Shown one piece after another: positions 47,642-57,496 of a stretch of DNA of 57,496 nucleotides. The stretch is from Candidatus Aminicenantes bacterium. GTDB taxonomy: Bacteria; Acidobacteriota; Aminicenantia; Aminicenantales; UBA4085. The notes under the pieces were generated by a model. It was not told where the DNA came from. It made no database searches and saw nothing but the letters and a program-made list of their open reading frames with translations. The translations under genes were made by a program, and so were the position numbers. The stretch is from NCBI GenBank assembly GCA_030691735.1, contig JAUYDS010000122.1, forward strand, positions 1-57,496, read 5' to 3'. Each line of letters starts with the position of its first letter. Position 1 is the first letter of the stretch.

Positions 47642-49467
47642 TCGACCGTCACGCTCTTGGCCAGGTTCCTCGGCTGATCGACGTCCGCTCCCCGTTTCGC
47701 CGCGATATAATAAGCGAACAACTGGAGGGGCACGACCGTGAGGAACGGCATCAGGAGCGGATGGGCCGCGGGGACGGGGATGACCGCGTCCACGCGCTGA
47801 CGGATCTGCGCGTCGTTCTCGTGGGCCACGGCCAGGACATACCCCAGCCGCGCTTTGATCTCTGAGATGTTGCTCAGCATCTTGTCGTAGACCCGGTCCT
47901 CGGGGATGATGGCCATGGTCGGCATATTTTCATCGATCAGGGCGATCGGCCCGTGCTTCATCTCGCCGCCGGGATAGGCCTCGGCGTGGATATAGGAGAT
48001 CTCCTTTAGCTTGAGCGCGCCCTCCATCGCGACGGGGAAATTCACCCACCGCCCGAGATATAGGAAATGGGAGAACGGCACGAAATGCAAGGCCAGGTCC
48101 TCGATCGTCTTGGCCTGTCCTAGGATCTTCTCCATCTTGTGCGGGATCCGTTGGAACTCCTGAATGAAGGCCAGGCTCGCCTTTTTATCCACCGCTCCCC
48201 GCGCCTGGGCCACGTACAGGGCGATGAGGGCCAGTGCCGTCATCTGGGCGGTGAAAGTCTTGGTCGCGGCCACGCCGATCTCCGGCCCGGCGTGCGTGTA
48301 GAGGACGCCGTCCGCCTCGCGGGCGATGGAGGAGCTGACAGTGTTCGTCACGGCCAGCACCGCCGCGCACTTGCCCTTCGACGCCCGCAGGGCGGCCAGC
48401 GTGTCGGCCGTTTCACCCGACTGGGAGATCACGACCACGAGGGTCTCCTTGTCCAGGATGATGTCCCGGTAGCGGAACTCCGAGCCGTACTCGACGTCGA
48501 CGGGAAGCTTCGCCAGCGACTCAAAGAAATACCGGCCGACGAGTCCGGCGTGATAGGACGTCCCGCAGGCGATGAGGACGGCCTTGCGGACCTTCTTCAG
48601 GAGCTGGGGCTTGACGCCGAGCTCATCGAGCAGGACCTTCCCCGAATCGAGAGAGGTCCGTCCGAGGAGCGTGTCCCGGACGACCTCGGGCTGTTCGAAG
48701 ATCTCCTTGAGCATGAAATGCTTGAACCCTCGTTTCTCGATCATCATCGGGTTCCAGGCGAGCGTCTCGACCTTTTTTTTGACGGCGTTCCCCTTGAAGT
48801 CGGTGAACGTGACCCCCGACGGCTCGAGGATCGCCATCTCCCCGTCGTCGAGAAAGGCCACCTTCTGCGTATGGCTGAGGATCGGGTTGATGTCCGAGGA
48901 AAGGAGGTATTCGTCGTCGCCGAAGCCGACGACGACCGGAGGCCCGAGCTTGGCCGCCACGATCTTGTCCGGATCGTCGGCCGAGATCGCGGCGATGGCG
49001 AACGCGCCTTCCAGGACGGCGATCGCCGCCCGCACGGCGTTCTCAAGCGATCCTTTGAAATGCTTCTCGATGAGGTGGGCGATGACCTCGGTGTCGGTCT
49101 CCGTGGTGAATGTATGGCCTTCGTCCTTGAGCTTCCGCTTGAGGACCAGGTAGTTCTCGATGATCCCGTTGTGGACGATGACGATCCGGCCGCTGCAGTC
49201 CCGGTGAGGATGGGCGTTCTCCTCGCTCGGCCGGCCGTGCGTGGCCCAGCGCGTGTGACCCAGGCCGTAGGACCCGGCCAGAGGCGACTTCTTCAGGCTC
49301 GCCTCGAGCTCCTTGATCTTGCCCTTGACCCTTTTGACATGGATCTTGCCTTTATCGACCAGGGCCACTCCGGCCGAATCGTAGCCGCGATATTCGAGCT
49401 TCTTCAGCCCTTCGATGAGGATGGGAACGACCTTCTTTGGGCCGATATAGCCGATGATTCCGCACAT
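47638..49467 (-). CDS. glmS: Glutamine-fructose-6-phosphate aminotransferase
   Basis: MCGI, LEYRGYDSAG, GHTRWATHG, SQSGETADT, DQPRNLAKSVTVE. Confidence 0.98.
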   Translation of the reverse strand: MCGIIGYIGPKKVVPILIEGLKKLEYRGYDSAGVALVDKGKIHVKRVKGKIKELEASLKKSPLAGSYGLGHTRWATHGRPSEENAHPHRDCSGRIVIVHNGIIENYLVLKRKLKDEGHTFTTETDTEVIAHLIEKHFKGSLENAVRAAIAVLEGAFAIAAISADDPDKIVAAKLGPPVVVGFGDDEYLLSSDINPILSHTQKVAFLDDGEMAILEPSGVTFTDFKGNAVKKKVETLAWNPMMIEKRGFKHFMLKEIFEQPEVVRDTLLGRTSLDSGKVLLDELGVKPQLLKKVRKAVLIACGTSYHAGLVGRYFFESLAKLPVDVEYGSEFRYRDIILDKETLVVVISQSGETADTLAALRASKGKCAAVLAVTNTVSSSIAREADGVLYTHAGPEIGVAATKTFTAQMTALALIALYVAQARGAVDKKASLAFIQEFQRIPHKMEKILGQAKTIEDLALHFVPFSHFLYLGRWVNFPVAMEGALKLKEISYIHAEAYPGGEMKHGPIALIDENMPTMAIIPEDRVYDKMLSNISEIKARLGYVLAVAHENDAQIRQRVDAVIPVPAAHPLLMPFLTVVPLQLFAYYIAAKRGADVDQPRNLAKSVTVE

Positions 49468-49476
49468 GGGGCCCCT

Positions 49477-50880
49477 CTATCGCGGAGGACTCTCGCTCTT
49501 CCGCTTCTCCCGTTTTCGTCGGGCCCAATCCGCCTTCTCGATCTGCCGGCTGCGGGCAACGGCCAGCGCGTACGGGGAGACATCCTTGGTGATGACCGAT
49601 CCCGCGGCGATATAAGCCCCCCGGCCGATCCTGACCGGCGCGACGAGCTCCGTGCCGGAGCCGATGAAGGCGCCGGCTTCGATGATCGTCCGGTGCTTCC
49701 GGACGCCGTCATAATTGCAAGTGATCGTGCCGGCGCCAATGTTGACCCCCTCGTGGATTTCGCTGTCGCCGAGGTAAGTGAGGTGCCCGGCCTTCGCCGC
49801 CCGGCCGAAATCGGTGTTCTTCATCTCGACGAAATTGCCGACATGCGAGCCGGCGCGGAGAAAGGTCTTCGGCCGCAGGCGGGCGAACGGGCCGACCGTG
49901 ACGCCCTCCTCGATGGTCACGTCCTCCATGACGGTCGAGCTGAAGACCGTGACGCCGTCGGCGATGCGGGAATTGATGATATGAGCGCCCGGATAGAGGC
50001 GGCAGCGGGCGCCGACGGTTGTCCGGCCTTCGAGAACGACCGAGGGATAAACGATCGTGTCCCGGCCGATCTCGACATCCAGGTCGATCCAAGTCGAAGC
50101 GGGATTTAGGAAGGTGACGCCGGACTCGGCCACCTCGCGGATCTTGCGCTCGCGGAGGACATCCATGGCCCGGCTCAGGTCGAGGCGGGTATCGACCTGA
50201 ACGATGGCTCGGGAGTCCGGGGTTTTAAACGCCTTCACTTTTTTCCCGGCGGCGGAGAGGATGGCCAGGATGTCGCTCAAATCGTATTCCCCGGCCTTGT
50301 TCCTGTTCGCGCCTTTGGGAAGGGCCCACAGCAGATCTCTCGTCTTGAACGCATAAACCGACGTATCCACTTCGCGAACCGCCCGTTCGCGAAGGCCCGC
50401 CTCTTTGTCCTCGACGATCCGAACGCATCCGTCATCGGCGCGGATGATCCGTCCGAATCCCGAAGGGTCCTCGACGTCCGCGCTAAGGATCGTAGCGGCA
50501 TTCCCGCGCCGCCGATGGAAGGAGAGAAGGGACCGCAGGGCTGCAGGTTGGATAAGGGGAAGGTCGGCGGGCATGACCAGAATGTCGGCGGCCGCGTTTT
50601 CGCGAAGGATGCTCTTCGCCGCCAAAACCGCGTCGGCCGTGCCTTTCGGCACTTTCTGATGGACGAATCCGACGCGGAGCAGGAGCGCTTCTTCCATCAC
50701 CGCTTCGCGCTGATGCCCGACGACGACGGTGGTTTTAGCAGGCTTGAGGCTCTGGACGGTCTCGCAGACCAGTCTGAGCATGGACCGGCCGAGCAAGGGA
50801 TGAAGAATCTTGTTGGACTCGGAGCGAAAGCGGCCGCCCCGCCCCGCGGCCAGGACAAGCGCCAACAAGGGTCGTTTCAT
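49477..50880 (-). CDS. glmU: Bifunctional UDP-GlcNAc pyrophosphorylase / GlcN-1-P acetyltransferase
   Basis: LAAG..KILH, GFGRIIR, VGPFARLRP, GNFVEMKN, HLTYLGD, NIGAGTITCNYDG. Confidence 0.93.
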   Translation of the reverse strand: MKRPLLALVLAAGRGGRFRSESNKILHPLLGRSMLRLVCETVQSLKPAKTTVVVGHQREAVMEEALLLRVGFVHQKVPKGTADAVLAAKSILRENAAADILVMPADLPLIQPAALRSLLSFHRRRGNAATILSADVEDPSGFGRIIRADDGCVRIVEDKEAGLRERAVREVDTSVYAFKTRDLLWALPKGANRNKAGEYDLSDILAILSAAGKKVKAFKTPDSRAIVQVDTRLDLSRAMDVLRERKIREVAESGVTFLNPASTWIDLDVEIGRDTIVYPSVVLEGRTTVGARCRLYPGAHIINSRIADGVTVFSSTVMEDVTIEEGVTVGPFARLRPKTFLRAGSHVGNFVEMKNTDFGRAAKAGHLTYLGDSEIHEGVNIGAGTITCNYDGVRKHRTIIEAGAFIGSGTELVAPVRIGRGAYIAAGSVITKDVSPYALAVARSRQIEKADWARRKREKRKSESPPR

Positions 50881-50881
50881 C

Positions 50882-51394
50882 TCAGACGATGCGGGTGATG
50901 AGCTTGAACTTCTTGTCGTCCCGCAGCGGTTCGAAATCGGATTCGTTCTGAGCCAGGGTTCTGAAGAACTTATCGATCTGGATGGCCTTTTTCAAATGCT
51001 CGAGGGCGGCATCGCTCTGGCCCATCAGGCAAAAGAGATCGGCCAGGGCGTAGTGCACCCGGCCCTCTTCGGGATTCATTTTCTGGGCTTTTTCGAGAAG
51101 TTTCTGGGCCTCTTCGAACTCGCCGGCATTGGTCTTGTAGACCCCATAGTGATAATGATCCTCGAACGTTTTCAGAGGAACCGGGCTCTTGGGCTCCCGG
51201 ACCTTTTCCTCCGAGATCGCGATATACATCTTGGCCCGGTCGACCAATTCTCTCTCTGCGGGGTACTTCTCGATGAAGCTTCGGAACGATTCGGCGGCCT
51301 TCTCGAATTTCTGCCTGCGGAATTCCTTGCTGGCTTCGGCATAAGCGCCCAAGGCCTTCTGATAGTCGTCTTTTCTCGTTTTTTCGTCTTTCAC
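50882..51394 (-). CDS. Tetratricopeptide repeat protein
   Basis: TPR-like helices (AAESFRSFIEKYP, YALADL..ALEHLKKAI), AQNESDFEPLRDD tail; GTG start after GGAGA. Confidence 0.8.
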   Translation of the reverse strand: MKDEKTRKDDYQKALGAYAEASKEFRRQKFEKAAESFRSFIEKYPAERELVDRAKMYIAISEEKVREPKSPVPLKTFEDHYHYGVYKTNAGEFEEAQKLLEKAQKMNPEEGRVHYALADLFCLMGQSDAALEHLKKAIQIDKFFRTLAQNESDFEPLRDDKKFKLITRIV

Positions 51395-51438
51395 GCATGT
51401 TCTCCCAAAATCGATGGTTCGCTTATTTTACTTATTTT

Positions 51439-52284
51439 TCATTCCTCTGTCCAGAAGTCCGGATTGCCCAGAAGGAAACGCACGACCTGGAGATGGAGTC
51501 GGTGGCCGGCCTTGTGGGCGGTGAATCGGCCGGCAAGAGGCCGGCCGAGGAGGGCCAAGTCGCCGGCAAGGTCGAGGAGTTTGTGCCGGACGAATTCGTC
51601 GGGGAAGCGCAACGGACCGTTCATGACCCCCTCGGAATCCAGGACAACGGTGTTCTCGAACGACGCGCCGAGGGCCAATCCGCGGCCATGGAGCGCTTCG
51701 ACATCCTTGATGAAACCGAAGGTCCTGGCCGGAGCGACCTCGCGGGCGAAAGTCGCCGGCGTCAAAGACAGGCCGCGGCTTTGGCGGCCGATCGACGGAT
51801 GGGGATATTCGATGGTGTAGGCCAACCGGAGCCCTTCTCCGGCCGGCGCGGGCTCGACGATGACGGAAGCGCCGTTTTCCTCGATGGCGAACGGCTTGCG
51901 GATCTTGAGTACCGGGATGTTTCCCGACAGGGAGCGCGTGCCGCCCACTTCAAGGGCCCGGACGAAGGGCAGGGCGCTGCCGTCGAGGATCGGGATTTCG
52001 TCGGCGTCGAGTTCGACGACGACACTGGCGACGCCGTAGGCGAAAAGCGAGGCCAGCAGATGCTCGACGGTCTGGACCTTGAACCGGCGACCCTCGATCG
52101 CCATGCTGTTCAGCGCTTCGACCCGGCCGGGATCGACAGCCATTTCCAGACCGCCGAGGTCCTCGCGCCGGAAGACGATCTCCCCCCTGTTCGATGGCCG
52201 CAAGACCAGACGGACGGGTTTTCCCGAATGGACGCCGACTCCTTCGAGGCGGACTTCGTTCCGGATCGTTTTCTTCTGGGCCAT
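51439..52284 (-). CDS. lpxC: UDP-3-O-acyl-N-acetylglucosamine deacetylase
   Basis: GVGVHSG, TVEHLLA, PILDGSA, PARTFGF, RHKLLDLAGDL, KAGH. Confidence 0.96.
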   Translation of the reverse strand: MAQKKTIRNEVRLEGVGVHSGKPVRLVLRPSNRGEIVFRREDLGGLEMAVDPGRVEALNSMAIEGRRFKVQTVEHLLASLFAYGVASVVVELDADEIPILDGSALPFVRALEVGGTRSLSGNIPVLKIRKPFAIEENGASVIVEPAPAGEGLRLAYTIEYPHPSIGRQSRGLSLTPATFAREVAPARTFGFIKDVEALHGRGLALGASFENTVVLDSEGVMNGPLRFPDEFVRHKLLDLAGDLALLGRPLAGRFTAHKAGHRLHLQVVRFLLGNPDFWTEE

Positions 52285-52340
52285 GGGCGAACCTCCTTTC
52301 TATATTTTAGCTTAAAAAGGATTTATGTTAAAATCCCGGC

Positions 52341-53084
52341 ATGAGATCGCAGATTGAAGACCTCCTGAAAAAAGTCTACGAGAGGAAGATATCGCCGGAG
52401 GAAGCGCTCCACGCGTTGAAAGACTACCCCTACCAGGATTTGAGCTTCGCCAAGATCGACCATCACCGCGAACTAAGAAAAGGCTTCCCCGAGATCATCT
52501 ACGGCCTGGGCAAGACGGACGCGCAAATCCGGGACATCGCCAGGGAGATCGTCAAAAAAGGCGGCAGCCTGCTCATTACAAGGGTCGAAGCGCCCACATA
52601 TAAAAAGCTCAAAAAGAGCCTCCCCAAGGCAGGCTACAATCCCGCGGCAAAGACCGTTTTTCTCAAACAGCGGCCGCCCGCGGCCGGGAAGGGAAAGATC
52701 ATCGTCCTGACGGCCGGGACGTCGGACATTCCGGTCGCCGAGGAAGCCTACGTGACCTGCGATATGCTGGGCAATGATGTGGAGAGGATCTATGACGTCG
52801 GCGTCGCCGGGCTCCACCGCCTGCTGGGCGAATACGACAAGTTCAAGAGGGCTAAAGTCATCATCGCCGTCGCCGGGATGGAAGGAGCTCTGCCCAGCGT
52901 CGTCGCCGGCCTCGTTTCGGTCCCCGTCATCGCCGTCCCGACGAGCGTCGGCTATGGCGCGAGCTTCAAAGGATTGGCCGCCCTTCTGGCCATGCTCAAT
53001 TCCTGCCCCGGCGGGGTCGGCGTGGTCAACATCGACAACGGTTTCGGCGCCGCTTATCTGGCCAGCCTCATCAACCATTTATAG
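52341..53084 (+). CDS. larB: Nickel-pincer cofactor biosynthesis protein LarB (PurE-like)
   Basis: DHHRELRKGFPE, AGTSDIPVAEEA, AGMEGALPSVV, PTSVGYG, VVNIDNGFGAA. Confidence 0.93.
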   Translation: MRSQIEDLLKKVYERKISPEEALHALKDYPYQDLSFAKIDHHRELRKGFPEIIYGLGKTDAQIRDIAREIVKKGGSLLITRVEAPTYKKLKKSLPKAGYNPAAKTVFLKQRPPAAGKGKIIVLTAGTSDIPVAEEAYVTCDMLGNDVERIYDVGVAGLHRLLGEYDKFKRAKVIIAVAGMEGALPSVVAGLVSVPVIAVPTSVGYGASFKGLAALLAMLNSCPGGVGVVNIDNGFGAAYLASLINHL

Positions 53085-53158
53085 ATTGATGGACGGACAC
53101 AAGGGCTTGCCTTCCTTTTCTTATTTTCGATATTTATCGACTTTTTTTGGCGTTTTCC

Positions 53159-53187
53159 TTGACAAACAGGCCTGGGAAACCTATATT
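53159..53187 (+). promoter_or_regulatory. Sigma70 promoter of dnaG-rpoD
   Basis: TTGACA-N17-TATATT. Confidence 0.65.
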
Positions 53188-53224
53188 TAACTAAACTTTG
53201 CGCAAATCCCGGTTACCCTAAACT

Positions 53225-54949
53225 ATGGAAATCGTCGATCAACTCCGGCAAATTGCCAATATCGTCGAGATCGCGTCCCAGTACACGACGCTCAGGCTGA
53301 GGGGACGCAAGCATGTCGGCCTCTGCCCTTTTCACGCCGAGAAAACACCTTCGTTCACCGTGGACGCGGAAAAGGGTCTCTATCACTGCTTCGGCTGCGG
53401 TGTCGGAGGCGACGTTTTCTCCCTAATCATGGAAAAGGAGAACCTGAGCTTCCCAGAGGCGCTCAAACACCTGGCCGAAAAATACAACGTTCCCCTTCCC
53501 GAACAGAGGAAGATCTCCCCCCAGGCACTGAAACTCGAAGAGCAGATTCTGAACGTCAACGAGTCGGCCCTGGCGCTCTTTAGGAAGAACCTTCTCAACA
53601 GTCAGGAAGGCAAGAACGCCCTCGAATACCTTAAAAAGCGCGACATCCCGGACAAGATCATCCAGGAGTTCAAGCTCGGCTACGCCTTGAACACCTGGGA
53701 CGCCCTCTCTTCATACTTCAAGAACAAGGGTGTCGCGACCGACCTCATCGAGAAGGCGGGCCTCGTTCTCCCGGGCCGCAAGCCCGGCGAGTTCTACGAC
53801 CGCTTCCGGGGCCGGGTCATCTTTCCCATCTTCACTCTGACCGGCAAGGTCGTCGGCTTCGGCGGCCGGACGCTGTTCAACCAGGAACCCAAGTACCTCA
53901 ACTCCCCGGATACGCCCGTCTATTCCAAAGGGCATCTCCTCTACGGGCTGAACTTCAGCAAGGACTCCATCCGAAACGCCGGCGAAACCATCCTCGTCGA
54001 AGGCTACACGGACTACCTGTCCCTCTATCTCTCCGGCTTCACCAACGTCGTCGCCTCGCTCGGGACGGCCCTCACCCCCCACCAGCTCGGCCTGGCCCAG
54101 CGGTTCGCCCCGAAGATCATCATCAATTACGACGGCGACACGGCGGGGCGGACGGCGGCCTTCCGGGCCGTCTCGCTCTGCTTCGAAAAAGGCCTGGAAA
54201 CCCATGTGGTCGTCCTGCCCAAAGACCTCGACCCTGACGGATTTATCAAGACGCAGGGCAAGGAGGAGTATGCCAAAACCCTCAAAGCCGCCGTCCCGGC
54301 CATGAAATTCGTCATCGACACCTCGGTCGAGGGAAAACGGATGAACGTCCCGGAGGTCAAAACGAAGGTCCTCCGCTCCATTCTGGCCGTCCTCGAGACC
54401 ATCCCCGACGCCATCGTCCGGAGTGAATACCTCAAGCAGGCCGCCGAGCACCTCTCCGTCGAGGAGTCCGTCCTGCGCGGCCTGTCGGTGCGGAAACCGG
54501 CCCCCAAAACGGAGGAGGAGACGGATCTGCTCCTGAACGCCGAAAAGCGGCTCCTCCAGATCCTGATCGAGAACAAAGAGCTCCGGCCTTATATTTTCGC
54601 CGAGGTCCGGGACGAGGATTTCGGGGGCTTGAAAAGCGAGCCGATTTTTAGGATAATACTGGATCATTTTAAAAAGGACAACGACCTCATTTTCCACGAG
54701 TTGCAAAAGGAGATCGGCCCTTCTCTCTCTCGGCAGCTCTCCCTAGCCCTGCTCGAGAAAGGGAATCCTCCGACCATCGAGGAAGCCCTCGGCTGTCTGT
54801 GCGCCCTTCAGAAAAGCTGCAAAGAGAGCGAACTGAAGAGGATCCAGGCCGAGCTGGCCCGCGAGGAAAAGAAGGGCGACCGGGATAAGGTCCGGGCGCT
54901 CCTGTTCCAGAAGCAGGACCTGACCAAGCAGATCCTGGCCTTGAAATGA
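53225..54949 (+). CDS. dnaG: DNA primase
   Basis: CPFHAEKTPSF..CFGC zinc finger, FGGR, KYLNSP, TOPRIM EGY.D and DGD.AG. Confidence 0.97.
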   Translation: MEIVDQLRQIANIVEIASQYTTLRLRGRKHVGLCPFHAEKTPSFTVDAEKGLYHCFGCGVGGDVFSLIMEKENLSFPEALKHLAEKYNVPLPEQRKISPQALKLEEQILNVNESALALFRKNLLNSQEGKNALEYLKKRDIPDKIIQEFKLGYALNTWDALSSYFKNKGVATDLIEKAGLVLPGRKPGEFYDRFRGRVIFPIFTLTGKVVGFGGRTLFNQEPKYLNSPDTPVYSKGHLLYGLNFSKDSIRNAGETILVEGYTDYLSLYLSGFTNVVASLGTALTPHQLGLAQRFAPKIIINYDGDTAGRTAAFRAVSLCFEKGLETHVVVLPKDLDPDGFIKTQGKEEYAKTLKAAVPAMKFVIDTSVEGKRMNVPEVKTKVLRSILAVLETIPDAIVRSEYLKQAAEHLSVEESVLRGLSVRKPAPKTEEETDLLLNAEKRLLQILIENKELRPYIFAEVRDEDFGGLKSEPIFRIILDHFKKDNDLIFHELQKEIGPSLSRQLSLALLEKGNPPTIEEALGCLCALQKSCKESELKRIQAELAREEKKGDRDKVRALLFQKQDLTKQILALK

Positions 54950-55021
54950 CGGAGCGAGGGAACGGAATGACGGCCATGAAGGTAATAGATATGCGGCGAA
55001 TCCATCGTTTAGGAGCTCACG

Positions 55022-56665
<1,644 letters not shown>

Positions 56666-56710
56666 GGCCGGCACCCGATTCGGCTCCCCTCCCCCTTTGC
56701 CCCCTTTTCA

Positions 56711-56739
56711 TTGACTCATCCATGGTTATCTGATATAAA
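56711..56739 (+). promoter_or_regulatory. Promoter for the tRNA and downstream gene
   Basis: TTGACT-N17-TATAAA with extended -10 TG. Confidence 0.65.
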
Positions 56740-56748
56740 AGGCAGGAA

Positions 56749-56820
56749 GGGCCTATAGCTCAGCGGTAGAGCTCCCGGCTCATAACCGGTTGGTCCCAGG
56801 TTCGAATCCTGGTAGGCCCA
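56749..56820 (+). tRNA. tRNA with CAT anticodon, probably tRNA-Ile2 (lysidine) rather than Met; CCA not encoded
   Basis: GGGCCTA/TAGGCCC acceptor stem, GCTC/GAGC D-arm, CTCATAA loop, GGTTCGAATCC T-arm; paired first base and no triple G-C anticodon stem argue against the initiator. Confidence 0.92.
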
Positions 56821-56840
56821 ATTGACCCAGAGGAAATGAT

Positions 56841-57496
56841 GTGGAAATCGCATTCGATAAGCTGATCAGGCTGCAAAATGTTGATATCGAAATAAATACG
56901 ATTTCCTCTCTTCTCGAAGCCATCCCCGGCAGAACCGAAGCCATCGACAACGAGATCAAGGCTGCGGCCGAGATCATCGCCCGGGCTAAGGAAAAGCTCG
57001 CCACCAACCAGAAAAAGCGCCGCGACTTGGAAGGCGAGGTCAAAGACATCAAGGGCCAAGCGGCCAAGTTCAAACGCCAGCTCAACGACGTCAAGACCAA
57101 CAAGGAATATACCGCTCTCCTCAAAGAGATCGAGGAAACCGATCACAAGGCCGACAAGGTCGAAGAGGGCATCATCCAAGAGATGATCGCCGCCGACGAC
57201 ATCGAAAAAGAGATCAAGGCGGCCACCGTCAAGAAGGCCGACGAGGAAGGCCGGCTTAAGAAGGACAAACAGGTCCTCTTCCAGGAGCAAAAGGATTTAG
57301 AAGCCAAGAAAGATATCCTGGTCGCGGAACGCCAGGGCATCCTCCCTTTGATCCCCCCCGATCAGATTAAGCTTTATAATCGGATCCGGGCGAAATTGAA
57401 CGGCGTGGCTTTGTCGCCGGTCACCGACGACTTCTGTTCGCTGTGCCAATTGCGCATCCGACCCCAGCTCGTGAACGATATCATGGAGATGAAGAA
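56841..57496 (+). CDS. Coiled-coil protein with C4 zinc ribbon (DUF164-like), truncated by window end
   Basis: GTG start, L..LQ.VD, long coiled coil, NKEY.AL.KEI, CSLC...RPQ; no stop before the window edge. Confidence 0.85.
   Translation, partial: MEIAFDKLIRLQNVDIEINTISSLLEAIPGRTEAIDNEIKAAAEIIARAKEKLATNQKKRRDLEGEVKDIKGQAAKFKRQLNDVKTNKEYTALLKEIEETDHKADKVEEGIIQEMIAADDIEKEIKAATVKKADEEGRLKKDKQVLFQEQKDLEAKKDILVAERQGILPLIPPDQIKLYNRIRAKLNGVALSPVTDDFCSLCQLRIRPQLVNDIMEMK

Noticed and set aside
47400-47700. Tn7-like insertion at glmS
   Set aside because: No tns genes or recognisable Tn7 ends with repeated TnsB sites
52341-53084. larB without other lar genes as a novelty
   Set aside because: larB, larC and larE are often dispersed; cannot be judged from this window
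56749-56820. tRNA as an integration site
   Set aside because: No duplicated tRNA 3' end or integrase seen; the surrounding genes are ordinary housekeeping

Overview
A GC-rich chromosomal window from a diderm, LPS-making and probably anaerobic bacterium (lpxC, TonB-dependent receptor, OM beta-barrels, 2-oxoacid:ferredoxin oxidoreductase, ETF plus a membrane Fe-S partner). The gene style suggests an Aminicenantes/Acidobacteriota-like lineage, but that is inference. Contents in order: MgtC protein; Fe/B12-type ABC transporter; DAK2-DegV fusion; spermidine-synthase-like membrane protein and two GT-C glycosyltransferases; two paralogous secreted B-repeat proteins flanking a small OM beta-barrel; GH38 mannosidase; sdhCAB-Rieske-cytochrome b-orphan operon; korDABC; secreted zinc peptidase followed by a broken beta-barrel gene; NTT-like transporter; a direct-repeat-flanked EtfAB/Fe-S cassette; argRGH; acylating aldehyde dehydrogenase; a PPDK-like protein with a foreign C-terminus; TonB-dependent receptor; glmS, glmU, TPR gene, lpxC; larB; dnaG-rpoD-tRNA(CAT)-zinc-ribbon gene. 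Best candidates for undescribed biology: (1) three secreted proteins sharing a conserved C-terminal domain, two of them directly followed by homologous small beta-barrel genes (candidate surface-display or sorting system); (2) a PPDK-type dikinase lacking the pyruvate-binding barrel; (3) complex II translationally coupled to Rieske/cytochrome b with no SdhD and no cytochrome c. No CRISPR array, rRNA, integrase or transposase was seen. All calls come from motif recognition by eye; no database search was run.
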